A DNA stretch of 63,958 nucleotides, filler included, from Octopus bimaculoides (taxonomy: Eukaryota): the NCBI RefSeq assembly GCF_001194135.2. It is 3 parts of 3 records of this genome, joined end to end, with 100 filler letters (N's around TTAATTAATTAA, not from the genome) between each part and the next. Parts side by side here need not be neighbours in the genome. Positions count along the whole stretch, not along the records: positions 1 to 30,491 come from NC_068984.1; positions 30,592 to 60,638 come from NC_068994.1; 1 more part is not named here. One strand, given 5' to 3'. Each line of letters begins with the position of its first letter. Position 1 is the first letter of the stretch. Shown in pieces: positions 24,637-37,644 of this stretch. The position numbers and the translations under genes are program-made. The notes beneath the pieces were generated by a model. The model saw only the letters and a list, made by a program, of their open reading frames with translations. It was not told the origin of the DNA and ran no database searches.

Positions 24637-25840
24637 TCATCATCATCATCATCATCGTTTAACGTCCGCTTTCCATGCTAGCATGGGTTGGACGATTTNN
24701 NNNNNNNNNNNNNNNNNNNNNNNNNNNNNNNNNNNNNNNNNNNNNNNNNNNNNNNNNNNNNNNNNNNNNNNNNNNNNNNNNNNNNNNNNNNNNNNNNNNN
24801 NNNNNNNNNNNNNNNNNNNNNNNNNNNNNNNNNNNNNNNNNNNNNNNNNNNNNNNNNNNNNNNNNNNNNNNNNNNNNNNNNNNNNNNNNNNNNNNNNNNN
24901 NNNNNNNNNNNNNNNNNNNNNNNNNNNNNNNNNNNNNNNNNNNNNNNNNNNNNNNNNNNNNNNNNNNNNNNNNNNNNNNNNNNNNNNNNNNNNNNNNNNN
25001 NNNNNNNNNNNNNNNNNNNNNNNNNNNNNNNNNNNNNNNNNNNNNNNNNNNNNNNNNNNNNNNNNNNNNNNNNNNNNNNNNNNNNNNNNNNNNNNNNNNN
25101 NNNNNNNNNNNNNNNNNNNNNNNNNNNNNNNNNNNNNNNNNNNNNNNNNNNNNNNNNNNNNNNNNNNNNNNNNNNNNNNNNNNNNNNNNNNNNNNNNNNN
25201 NNNNNNNNNNNNNNNNNNNNNNNNNNNNNNNNNNNNNNNNNNNNNNNNNNNNNNNNNNNNNNNNNNNNNNNNNNNNNNNNNNNNNNNNNNNNNNNNNNNN
25301 NNNNNNNNNNNNNNNNNNNNNNNNNNNNNNNNNNNNNNNNNNNNNNNNNNNNNNNNNNNNNNNNNNNNNNNNNNNNNNNNNNNNNNNNNNNNNNNNNNNN
25401 NNNNNNNNNNNNNNNNNNNNNNNNNNNNNNNNNNNNNNNNNNNNNNNNNNNNNNNNNNNNNNNNNNNNNNNNNNNNNNNNNNNNNNNNNNNNNNNNNNNG
25501 TCTGCCTTTTACTCTGAGTGAGAGTCCCTTTGTCGCCAGCAGGGGTAAGAGCTCTCTAAACTTTGCCCAGGCTATTCTTATTCTAGCAGCTACACTTTCA
25601 GCGCACCCACCCCCACTACTAACTTGGTCGCCCAGATAGCAGAAGCTATCGACTACCTCTAGTTTTTCACCCTGGAATGAGATAGAAGTTGTTTCCTGTT
25701 TGTTTGCAGTCTTTATTGCACCTGAACATCTGCCACAAACAAAAACTAACTTGCTAGTTAACCTGCCTTTGATGTTGCTGCACCTCTTATGTGTCCATAG
25801 CTTGCACCGGGTACATCTTATAGAGTTACTACCTACCTAT
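24637..25840 (-). mobile_element. 5'-truncated RTE-clade LINE (spans N gap)
   Basis: Minus-strand translation GEKLEVVDSFCYLGDQVSSGGGCAESVAARIRIAWAKFRELLPLLATKGLSLRVKGR at 25500-25720; RTE tail at 24637-24698. Confidence 0.75.
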
Positions 25841-26010
25841 ATATATATATATACATAATATATCGTTCCATTAAGGTATGATCAACAAAAATACTCCATC
25901 CAGTGAAAGATAAATATTATTTAATGTACACAGTATAAAGATACAAGCTACCGCTAGTTTCTTGCATTGGAGACGCCAGGCATGTTATAAAATCCTGCCT
26001 AACAATGATG

Positions 26011-26096
<86 letters not shown>

Positions 26097-26291
26097 TATA
26101 ATAATAAAAATAATAACATTGAAAAATACCTTAGGAATGAGAACCCAGGTTTGAAGGCTGGAGAGTATATCAGCCGAAACATTGTGTTAACAACAAACAA
26201 AATGAGGACAAATATCTGTCAAATGTAAATAATATAAATAATATGCTCATACATATATATATCTATAAATAAGTATATGTGTGTGTGTATG

Positions 26292-26338
<47 letters not shown>

Positions 26339-26344
26339 TATATA

Positions 26345-27601
26345 CAGCATGTGATGAATAAATTGTCGTCTAAATTATGCAAAATTGTAAACAACACTGA
26401 CATCTCATTTTATCATAAATTTATCAAAATTACATAACAATATCTTGCAATACTAAGCAGTAAATTTATTCAATAAGATCGTTATTGACTTGAAGTATAG
26501 CCTCCAACTCTTCTGGACGTTTGCCTTGTTTAAGTTGGTGAATGCTGTCATAATCTTTGCCTTCAGTTCATCTTTGGTGTTACAAGGAGTTTTGTTGGTC
26601 TTTCACTCACCTGTTCCTGACATGTAATAATCAAGTGGGGTACAGTCTGGGGAGTTAGGTGGCCAGATGATAGGGTTGATGTGGATGCAGAAATAATTTA
26701 AGAGCCATGATTGGTTTCTCATGCATGGTGGAAAGTCCTGTCACCAGACATAGGGTCTTCCACCAACCACCTGCTTGAGTCAGGGCTACACTACCTCTTC
26801 CAGGTACTTGATGTAGGCCTCTGTGTTGAGTCTGAGACCGTGTGGGAAGGTCAATGGAGGCTTAAAGTTACCATTACTAGCTATCACTCCAAACACCATG
26901 CTGTTACCTGGATGCTGGATTTTTATCACTCACAGTACATGTTTTGGGGACACAGCAAGCCAATAGTTGTTCTGTGTGTTCACCATCTGATCCTGACAGA
27001 AATTTTTTTCGTCTGAGAAAAGCCAAAGCATGTTCGGTTGGAAGGGATGCCCAAGTTTGTTCAAAAGCTTCATAGCATGGTCTTACCTCTTTTCCTTGAT
27101 GGTTTGGGATAAAAATTGACCCTTTCTTATCTTATAGGAGGAATATTGAATTCTTCATGCACTACCTGCCTAGTAAGGAACTCAGAAACTTCCATTTCCT
27201 TGGTGAGGAACCTGATTGACTTCGAGGGATCGTTGTCGATCATGACCTGGACCTCGCCAACATATTCAAGATTTCTTTTCTTATCAGAACAATCAGAGTG
27301 AGTTTTCTGAGCTGTTGTACCTTCATAATCACTATTAGACTCATCCAGGTCTTTCCGAATCCTCTGCACTGTCCTCAGATTGACACCCAGACACTCTGAA
27401 ATGTTCATATTGGAGCTTCCAGCATGAATGTCAAGCAGTACAGCATGTTGTTTCCAAATTTCTGCATTATGGTGCTGTTTTTCTCTCAGATGGTGTCCAA
27501 CTGACCCTACTATATGGTGTAGATGAGAAAATCAAAAACAAATAATGCACATGCATGAAATTAAAAATATAAAATGGCAACAATTTACCCATCACACCCC
27601 G
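26345..27601 (-). mobile_element. Decayed IS630-Tc1-mariner transposon (maT/DD37D-like)
   Basis: ~28 bp degenerate TIRs with TA flanks; HTH LGVNLRTVQRIRK, WLFSDEKNF and WPPNSPDCTPLDY on the minus strand. Confidence 0.85.
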
Positions 27602-28014
27602 TACATACATGTATGCATGCATGCATGCATACATACATACGTTCATACATACATTCATACATACATACATACATACATGCATACATACATACATATGTAT
27701 ACACTTACACACACACACACACACATACACACACACACATGTTATATGTATATCTGCATGAGAGAATCTCTGTACAGATTTCCTTGCTAGAAAGAGCTAT
27801 CAAATTTCCTTTAATTTCTCCCTTACAATAAAAATAACTGAAGTAAATAACGGATAATAATATTCTGATTACACTACATTTATCAAGCAGACTGGGTGGC
27901 CATGGTTAGAATCCTGAGACGATAACTCTTATCAATCAGTGTTTGCCTTGGGCTAAACAACAAAGCTACAATGATGTTTGCACGCTCATACAGATATATA
28001 TATATGTATATATA

Positions 28015-28129
<115 letters not shown>

Positions 28130-28758
28130 GTCTATAAACTTGCACAAACATAAAACAACTCTCTGCATACTCATGCTTTTATATTTATAGGAGTGTTACA
28201 AAATTAAATGTCTTTCGGCTTAAAAGAAAGAGAAAAGAAAATGAAAGAGAGACAGAGATTAGAGAGAAAGAAAAAAGAAAGTAATTTTATTTGCGTTTCT
28301 GTGTCTGTGAACGTACATATATGTGTTTGTGTATGGCTGTATTAATTTCTGTTGTGTGATTGTTTTTCTAACTCCTTATCAATATAAATCTATGTAGCTG
28401 CACTATTTCAGGTTTCCTATTGATTATGGAACAGTAATATAAAGGCAGAAAGCAACTTACAAAAGCTTTCAATTTCCAGTCATTAGCGCTTATATAAAAG
28501 AACAATGGCAAATTTAACCTAATGCTTTCTGGGAAAGTTTGGCTTACAATATATACCAATGATTTGTCATTAACTAATAATAGTCCTTTAGGTTATATTT
28601 TCTCTATATTTTTGTGCATAAAATAAAAGGAAAATGAGTCAAAAAGTAAATACATGTAAAGAAAATAATGAAAGTCTGAAAATCAGAGCAGAAATAATAA
28701 TTAAAAAAGAAAGTATTAAATGTTAACCTCTTTCTGTTATAGATGCATACACACACAA

Positions 28759-28792
<34 letters not shown>

Positions 28793-29152
28793 ATATGCAT
28801 ACACACTTATATATATATATATATATATATATATNNNNNNNNNNNNNNNNNNNNNNNNNNNNNNNNNNNNNNNNNNNNNNNNNNNNNNNNNNNNNNNNNN
28901 NNNNNNNNNNNNNNNNNNNNNNNNNNNNNNNNNNNNNNNNNNNNNNNNNNNNNNNNNNNNNNNNNNNNNNNNNNNNNNNNNNNNNNNNNNNNNNNNNNNN
29001 NNNNNNNNNNNNNNNNNNNNNNNNNNNNNNNNNNNNNNNNNNNNNNNNNNNNNNNNNNNNNNNNNNNNNNNNNNNNNNNNNNNNNNNNNNNNNNNNNNNN
29101 NNNNNNNNNNNNNNNNNNNNNNNNNNNNNNNNNNTATATATATATATATATG

Positions 29153-29211
<59 letters not shown>

Positions 29212-29953
29212 GTATAAACATACATACATAAATATGTACATAGATATGCATACATACATGCATACATGCATGTATACGTATTCACACACATAGATATTTA
29301 ATGTGTGTAAATGTGTAAATGGTTGTTGGTGGGGATTTTCATAACCCATTGATCGAGTCACTGCAGAATGGTGATAAGGTGCAATGCAGAACACCTTACC
29401 AACTTGTAATGTTTCTAACGCAGTTCATCAAGTTGGTGCACATGACCCCTTTAGGCTACACTTAGAGCAGAAATGAAAGTCAGCACTGCAAGCCAATAAG
29501 AAAATTCTTAATCTCAGGTTTTCTGTTACTTACAGTGATGAACATTCCTTTTTGGAGCCTATTAACAACAAGGCAGTCTGAGGCATTGGATGTTATGTTT
29601 CTTTCACTATAGACAAAATGCAAAACTCATGATCAGTATAAAATGCTGATATTTCTGTTTGATATCCAGCTCCCTATCATGTTTGCCAGCAGCAACACAC
29701 ACATGTACATGCATGCATGCCTAGACACACACAGCACACAGACACACTTATATAGAAGGCCAGGAATTATGATGGTGGGAATTAGGCAATACCATCCACC
29801 CACAGTACTACTTCACTAGTAATTTATTTTATTGATTTCAAAGGAATAAAAATGCAAAGTTGATCTCGGTGGAATATGAACTCAGAACGTAAGGAGTTGA
29901 AACATGCGTCACAAGATATTCTTTCTGATACTCTAATGATTCAATCAGCCCAC

Positions 29954-29987
<34 letters not shown>

Positions 29988-30035
29988 TGATGATGATGAT
30001 GATAATAATAATAATAATAATAATGATACTCACTC

Positions 30036-30073
<38 letters not shown>

Positions 30074-30092
30074 TAATAATAATAATAATAAT
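29954..30092. repeat. (AAT)n microsatellite
   Basis: Long TAA/GAT run directly abutting the RT fragment. Confidence 0.9.
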
Positions 30093-30491
30093 GGCTGTAA
30101 AGATCAATTACTGATCAATAAAGCCATAATTGAAGACAGCCGCAGAAAGAAGAAAGGCCTCAGTATGGCCTGGGTGGACTACCAAAAGGCTTTCGACAGT
30201 GTTCCCCACACGTGGATTCTGGAAACACTAGCCATAAACAAGGTGGCGCCAATTATTATAAAATACATAAGGCACTCAATGAACAAATGGCAGACGGTGC
30301 TACAGCTCCAAACAAAAGAGGGACTTGTGAAAACGAAAGCCATCCCCATTAGAAGAGGAATATTCCAGGGAGACACACTCTCTCCACTCCTGTTCTGCCT
30401 GGCACTCACACCTTTAACTGAATTGTTAAATAGACCTGGATGCGGTTACAAATGCTACGGGAAAACAGTCAGCCACCTTCTATATATGGAT
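30093..30491 (+). mobile_element. R4/Dong-like (restriction-like-endonuclease clade) LINE RT fragment, 5'-truncated
   Basis: Open frame GCKDQLLINKAIIEDSRRKKKGLSMAWVDYQKAFDSVPHTW...IRRGIFQGDTLSPLLFCLAL...SHLLYMD, running into the gap. Confidence 0.8.
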
Positions 30492-30753
30492 NNNNNNNNN
30501 NNNNNNNNNNNNNNNNNNNNNNNNNNNNNNNNNNNTTAATTAATTAANNNNNNNNNNNNNNNNNNNNNNNNNNNNNNNNNNNNNNNNNNNNCGTATTCTT
30601 TACTTTAAGAAAGAAAAAAAATTCCCGTTCTTTTCTTCAATGACCAAATTCATTATTAATCAAGAGCGTACAGTTCTCAATTGCAGATTTTCTCCCCTTT
30701 TCCAGTCATTCTTATAAAACCGACAATACACAAAATCGATCTCGACACGTGGT

Positions 30754-30928
30754 AATAGAAATCGTCAACTTCCAAATTTCACTCCTGAGGATTCCGTAAA
30801 AAAAATTAATAAATAAGGGGGGGGGGAAGGTTCAGATTACATATAGTCCATCTCTACCCCAATAATTTCTTGTTGATTATTCAAACCAATACCTTAGGAG
30901 TGAAATTTGGAAGTTGACGATTTCTATT
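30754..30928. repeat. 37 bp near-perfect inverted repeat with ~100 bp spacer
   Basis: AATAGAAATCGTCAACTTCCAAATTTCACTCCTGAGG / CCTTAGGAGTGAAATTTGGAAGTTGACGATTTCTATT (one mismatch). Confidence 0.85.
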
Positions 30929-31519
30929 CTTTGGGCTGGACTTGTCCAGTTTTTTCATCTCCATTATCTGGCCACCACCTCCGGAAACTTTAACTGAATC
31001 CACTCTGTTGCTGCAGTCATTTTGAATCATGTTTCTCTCATCTGAAGATAGAGACAAACAGAAATGGGACATCTCCAGATAACCATTTGCTAATCTCAGA
31101 TGTGATAAAAGTCCTGGGAGCTGATTATATATATATATGCACACATATACATAACACACACACACGCACATATATATACCCACACGCTCACATACATAGG
31201 TATATATGAAATTATATAGATAAATTTCCAAAAGTTCTCTCCACACCCCGCAGGTTCTTTTGCGCAAATCTTAATTTTTTTTTTGTCATATTCGTTTTCT
31301 ACACAGTTGTTAATACCCAGCAGGCCGTTGTTTTTGTTAACGGGTGAAGATATTAACCTCACACACACACACGTGTATATGTATTACACATATAGGTGAT
31401 AACTTACATATATTTCGGCCAAAGACTGGCCTAGGCATTGTCTAACTTAATAGCATCACCTTAGAGTCATTTTAAAGCCAAGTTTTGTAGTATCATGGGT
31501 CCGTTCAACTAGGGAATTG

Positions 31520-31562
<43 letters not shown>

Positions 31563-32967
31563 TGTGTGAATATGTATAGTGTGTGTGAATATGCATAACC
31601 GTTAGTCCAGCAATATACATTCTGTTTTGCCTATGGGCTCATTGGGAACCAAGGAACAAATGTTTAGGAAGAGTATGGCAAGGAGGAAATGAAAGACAAG
31701 TGTAATCACTTCCCGGAGTACATTTATACATACAAACAATATATGAGTATATGCATATATATGTACATACCTTCATCTACATGTACATATAGATACATAT
31801 CTGGGTACATGACGTTGCAAAAAAACATAGACAAAATGATAAACAAGCAGGCCACATAGAGAACATATCCTTCATGTATGTATGTACATAATTGCGCACG
31901 CACACAGTATTCGGTAGTTGTTTAGCATCAGGTCAGCCTGATCGAGCAAATCAATGCTCAAAAGCGTTCCAACCGTGACTTTCACGTCTTTAAATTTTCA
32001 CACATTCATATTCAAAGTTTTCAAGATTGTATAATACGGAAGGGATATTTGACTGCTGCTTCTTGCAGGTCAGCGACCACCTAGCACGGAGAAAGGGAAC
32101 TCCCCTCACCTTTAAATCTGAAATGACCTCTTGGTTCTCTAAATTTAGGGAGTGCCCGAAACCCATATGGAAAAAAAAGTTGCTTAAACTTTGAGTCTAA
32201 AAGAGTATATTTAATATAAGTAGTCGCCATAAGTTGTATACCTATGAATTCGTAACAATAAGGAATCATTACTTTTTTCAATGTATATATATTCCCTCAA
32301 TTTGTTGTGTACTTACTATTCGCCCATGGGATATTAAAACGGTTTTTACACCCTAGTCTAAAAGTTCCTACTTTGGCTTAATGTGCTAGTTTTGTTTAGC
32401 AGAAAATTTTCCATCATGAGTTATTTCTCTTTATTTTTAAATTCTTCAGCAAATGTGAAAAACTGTGTTGGAGCGTTTTTTATATATATATGTAATATCT
32501 ATCTATAATATATATATTCTTTTACTCTTTTCNNNNNNNNNNNNNNNNNNNNNNNNNNNNNNNNNNNNNNNNNNNNNNNNNNNNNNNNNNNNNNNNNNNN
32601 NNNNNNNNNNNNNNNNNNNNNNNNNNNNNNNNNNNNNNNNNNNNNNNNNNNNNNNNNNNNNNNNNNNNNNNNNNNNNNNNNNNNNNNNNNNNNNNNNNNN
32701 NNNNNNNNNNNNNNNNNNNNNNNNNNNNNNNNNNNNNNATATATATGACGGGCTTCTTTCAGTTTCCGTCTACCAAATCCACTCACAAGGCTTTGGTCGG
32801 CCTGAGGCTATAATAGAAGACACTTGCCCAAGGTGCCACGCAGTGGGACTGAACCTGGAACCATGTGGTTTGTAAGCAAGCTACTTACCACTCCTACGCC
32901 TATATATATATATATATATATAGTCTAAGAGACCATAAGCCAGGGAAAAGATACACTCTTATATCTG

Positions 32968-33345
32968 TTAATAGAGTGGGTATATTATCTGAAATGTATA
33001 GTGCTAAATATCCATCACAGCTGGTCTTACCAATCGGTTTTGCATAAAGGGTACAATGGAGTGTTAGATAACAATCCAGTTATATAACTTTATGCTCATC
33101 AGAGTTAGGCAATAAGGAAGGGGATATGGTGACTGCTCTTTTTTTTGGTGGGGGGGTGGAAACTTCCTGGATTTAAGTCCAAAATGTTCGGCTTTCATTG
33201 GTGGCTTGGGTTGGTCAAAGTAAAAAGCCTTCCATCTCATGCGCCTGATCAATTCGATTATTTTCTCCAGCAGCAGCCTTATATAGAGTTTGTTCAGTGG
33301 TGTTGGGATATTCTTTGTTGAATATTGTAATATTCCAAATCCATT
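32968..33345 (-). mobile_element. Internally deleted PLE: ORF N-terminus fused to a hammerhead-bearing 3' end
   Basis: QYSTKNIPTPLNKLYIRLLLEKIIELIRRMRWKAFYF..FGLKSRKFPP resembles PLE ORF N-termini; HHR at 33018-33109. Confidence 0.7.
33018..33109 (-). ncRNA. Type-I hammerhead motif (family H3), G12A
   Basis: Minus strand AACT-CTGATGA-GCATAAAG...CTTTATGC-AAAA-CCGATTGGT-A-AGACCAGCTG. Confidence 0.7.
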
Positions 33346-33539
33346 TGTAAAGGATGTATAAAAACTATAATCTTTGATGACTATGAAGAGTGCAATACTG
33401 GTGAGCTTAGCTACATGGCACAAGCTGTGAATGACCTATTGCAACGTGCTCAACGTTATGTGGCAGCATGTGCATAACATGCATGAGTCATCTAAGCAAC
33501 CGTAAGTCAGGGAAAAAATGCACTCGTATACATGTCAGC

Positions 33540-33790
33540 AGAGTGGGTATATTATCCGAAATGTATAGTATTAAATATCCATGGTATGTTACGTAGCAAA
33601 CTGATTATATAACTTTACACTCCTCAGAGTTAGCTAATATGGAAGAGAATATGGCACAATATTCCCTTCCATATCAGCTAACTTTGATGAGCGTTAAGTT
33701 ATGTAATCGGTTTGTTACCTAACACTATTGTATTCTTTACTCGAAGCCGATTAGTAAGACCAGCCATGATGGATATTTAATGGTATATAT
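33540..33790. mobile_element. Fold-back H3 element with hammerhead motifs in both arms
   Basis: Central palindrome ATATGGAAGAGAATAT..ATATTCCCTTCCATAT; + arm CAGCTAACT-TTGATGA-GCGTTAAG..CTTTACTC-GAAG-CCGATTAGT-A-AGACCAGC (33675-33765); deleted minus arm with CTGAGGA core. Confidence 0.7.
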
Positions 33791-33894
33791 TTTGGATTAT
33801 ATATATACATATATATATATTTTCATCTTATCTAGTTTCAGCTCATGAGCTGTGGCCATGCTGGGGCACTGTCATTTGGTGTTGCTACATAATT

Positions 33895-35680
33895 TTACTT
33901 CACGAATGCTTTTCAGTAATTGACATTTGGTGCATGAGATAGTTTGATGCAGCTGCTCTCATCTGCACTTCCTGCTGCAAAGTTGGTTCATCTGGGACAC
34001 TTGACAGGAAGAGGTCCAGCTTTTTTTTGAAGATGCCTACATCCACCCCATGCAGGTCTCTCAGGTCCTTCGGGAGGATATTGAAGAGCTGTGGACCTCT
34101 GAAGCCCAGGCTATTGTAGTATCTTGTCTTACATCTTAATGGCAAATTTAGAGTCCTTGGCACTATGCAGTGGCGCCCAGTTCTAGTATTTGTGTAACTT
34201 TTGATGCTAAAGTTTGGGACAAGTCCTTCGAGGATCTTCCAGATGGCATATCTTTCTCACCTATGCTCTAAGGAATAGAGTCTTAATCTCGAGTCTTTCC
34301 CAATAGCTTATATGCTGCATAGAGGCTATCTTCTTTGTGTAGGTTCGTTGGATTGCCTCAAGTTCTGAGATTAATTTGACACTGGTTGGTGACCAGTGAG
34401 AGCAATAGTCAAAGTGGCTTAGGACAAGTGTCCTCCAGAGGACCATCATGGTTTCCTGATCTCTTGTTCTAAAAGTCCTAAGAATCCATCCAGTCAGTCG
34501 CCTGTATTTCATTGCCAATTTAGCAACATGCACATGGAAGAATGCATCATTACTCATGTAAATGCCCAGTTCTAGCACTGACTGTGCATTTGGGATTGCA
34601 ATCCCTCCAGGTCCAGTGTATCTAATGGGTATTGCATTTAGTTTTGCATGCTGATAGCACAAGGCTTGAAACTTTTCAGCATTAAACTGCATGCTATTCT
34701 TTTCAACCCACTTGTATATTTCATCCAGCTCACATTGCAGGTTCATAGTGTCTTCAGGGTTCTGTATTACCTGTGAGACTTTTGTATCATCTGCATAACT
34801 TGTGATCATAGCTCTGTGTGTGGCTGAGGGCATGTCTGAGAGGGCCATTATGGTCCCAAAACAGTGCCTTGTGGAACATCGCTCACTATTTGCGTGTCAT
34901 TGGGGGTGGCCCCATTGGCTACTACCACCTGACTTCTATCCTTCAGAAAGTCATGAAGCCATTCTCCCAATTTTCCAACTATGCTGAGATCACGCAGTTT
35001 GTGACATATCATTCCATGATTGACTTTATCAAAGGCCTTTGCAAAGTCGAGATATATCACTTCCACATTTTAGTGATTGAGTAGCTGTTTCAGCACCCAG
35101 TCATAGTGTTGTAAGAGCTGAGTCAAGCAGCTTCTCCCNNNNNNNNNNCGAGGTCAGAGAGATAGGTCTGTAGTTCTTGGCTTCCACTCTACTACTTCCT
35201 TTATGAATAGGGCATATTTTACCCTCCTTCAGTTTTCTTGGGAGTTCGCCAGATGCAAGGAAGCTCTGAAAGAGGGACTGCAGTGGTCTTGCTAGGACTC
35301 GCTTATATACTTTTAGAAGGATTGCTGGGAATCCATCAGGGCCAGTAGCTGAGTTTGGGTTCAATTCATCTATAGCCCTTATAACATCGTCATCCTCTAT
35401 ATTGATGTAATCGATCATCATTGCCTCTGTTTTTATATCTGCAGTGGTAAAAAAGTCAGTTGGATTGCTGACTTGCAAGTGTCCTAGAGTTGGAGTGAAA
35501 ACACTTTTGAATTGCTCATTTAGTATTTCACTTATCCTCCTTGGGTTTTCTCTGAGTGTACCATCTTTTTCGAGAAGTGGCTTTATCCTGCAGTGCACTG
35601 AAGCTGTTCTTTTTGGCAAACTTGTAGAAAGCTCTGGGGTTAGATTTTATATTGTCTATAGCCCAGGCTTCTTTGTCTAT
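33895..35680 (-). mobile_element. Decayed CR1/L2-type LINE (RT and C-terminus)
   Basis: KNYRPISLTS, YLDFAKAFDKV, VPQGTVLGP, SYADDTK, FRGPQLFNILPKDLR across frameshifted ORFs. Confidence 0.9.
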
Positions 35681-37644
35681 ACACACACACACACACACAT
35701 ATACACAAAACACACACCTACATATACATATATGCATGCACACACGTATATACTATATTTAGGGAGTTTGAGGGGCTGAGAGAAGGACGGTGCGATGGAG
35801 AAAAGTAAAGAGAAAGAGAGAGTGTGTGTGTCTTTGTATTTATAGAGAGGAAATAGAGAGAGAGAGTTAAAAGAGAAAACGTGTGTGTGTGTGTATATAT
35901 ATATATATAAATATAGATCAAAGCAGTTTGATTCAAACTCCTTGGTACTCTGAGTTTCAAATGTGATGCTAATCTTTGACCATTGGTGTCTGAATTCAGA
36001 TCCATACATACATGAAACTCCCAATAAATGCATTGAGTAGCCTTCTTTCATTTGTCTACTCACTCATATGTGTGTGTGTGTATTTATATATATATATATA
36101 TATATATGTGTGTTGATTTAAAATTTTGACACAAGGCCAGCAAGTTGGAGGTAAGAGTGCTCAACTTTGGTTATTTTGTTGACTCCAAAAGGATGAAAGG
36201 TAAAGTCAACCACAGTTGAATTTGAACTCAGAATGTAATCCTGGCATGTTAATGGTTCACCTTTAGTATTTGAGTTGCAACCATGCTGGGGCACCACCAT
36301 GAAGGAATTTGGTCAAATAGATTGACCCCACCCCAGCACTTAATTAAGCCTGATATTCTATTGTTCTCTTTGTTGAACTGTAAGTTATGAGAACATAAAT
36401 AAACCAACACCAGTTGTCAAGCAGTCAGCTGAAGGAAAAGATGCCACACAATGGGACTGAACCTGAAACAATGTAGATACAATAGCTTAATTGACACTGC
36501 CATGCTTTTTTTCCCCCAAAATTCTGACCCTATATCACCCCTCATAACTTTTCTGTTTTTTGGAATTTTCAGAAAATTTTTGTGAATATGTGTTCTACAC
36601 ATGGAAATTCATACGATTATGTGAATAAAATTTCATTTTTAATCCTGCCTCCCATAAATCTTAAAATTTCCACTTTTTTAACGTTAAAAAAAAAATCAGT
36701 TTATAATTTCAAAATAATATTGATGCTGGTAGGGGGTAAAAATTTAAATTACAAAAAGTTTTTTTTTACTTAAATCCCAGCAATTGACCATTATTGTTCC
36801 ATTAAATGTATTAATGGGGAGAAAATTATTGAAAAACATCAATACATGCTAGAGTGACAAAGAAACGAGGAAGGTATCAGGTGGTCGTGAGATGTGCTAA
36901 AAACAACTGCTAAATCCCCCTTAAATTACCTTTTTGTATGAAAATTATTTTGAAATTATATACAGAAACAATTGGCAGATTCAGTCTTTATTTTAAAACT
37001 ACAATTAAAAGAAAAAAGTTTGAAAAAGAGTGGAAATTTTATGGTTTAGGGNNNNNNNNNNNNNNNNNNNNNNNNNNNNNNNNNNNNNNNNNNNNNNNNN
37101 NNNNNNNNNNNNNNNNNNNNNNNNNNNNNNNNNNNNNNNNNNNNNNNNNNNNNNNNNNNNNNNNNNNNNNNNNNNNNNNNNNNNNNNNNNNNNNNNNNNN
37201 NNNNNNNNNNNNNNNNNNNNNNNNNNNNNNNNNNNNNNNNNNNNNNNNNNNNNNNNNNNNNNNNNNNNNNNNNNNNNNNNNNNNNNNNNNNNNNNNNNNN
37301 NNNNNNNNNNNNNNNNNNNNNNNNNNNNNNNNNNNNNNNNNNNNNNNNNNNNNNNNNNNNNNNNNNNNNNNNNNNNNNNNNNNNNNNNNNNNNNNNNNNN
37401 NNNNNNNNNNNNNNNNNNNNNNNNNNNNNNNNNNNNNNNNNNNNNNNNNNNNNNNNNNNNNNNNNNNNNNNNNNNNNNNNNNNNNNNNNNNNNNNNNNNN
37501 NNNNNNNNNNNNNNNNNNNNNNNNNNNNNNNNNNNNNNNNNNNNNNNNNNNNNNNNGCAAGTGATTATATTGACCCTGGTGCTCAACTGGTTTTTATTTT
37601 ATTGACCCTGAAAGAATGAAAGACAAAGTTTACCTTGACAAAAT

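Larger units (their letters stand above)
24051..26242. mobile_element. Fold-back tRNA-headed hammerhead element, copy B (family H2), with nested RTE insertions
   Basis: Left arm 24051-24220, central inverted tRNA-like heads 24224-24410, right arm 26100-26242; TSD ATGCTCATACA at 24040-24050 and 26243-26253. Confidence 0.85.

Noticed and set aside
29398-29437. Hammerhead-like TTGATGA..GAAAC between 9 bp inverted repeats (minus strand)
   Set aside because: No helix II, no UH triplet in register, and the stem overlaps the core
30536-30547. TTAATTAATTAA island inside Ns (also 60683-60694)
   Set aside because: Identical all-frame-stop spacer embedded in gaps: an assembly/linker artefact
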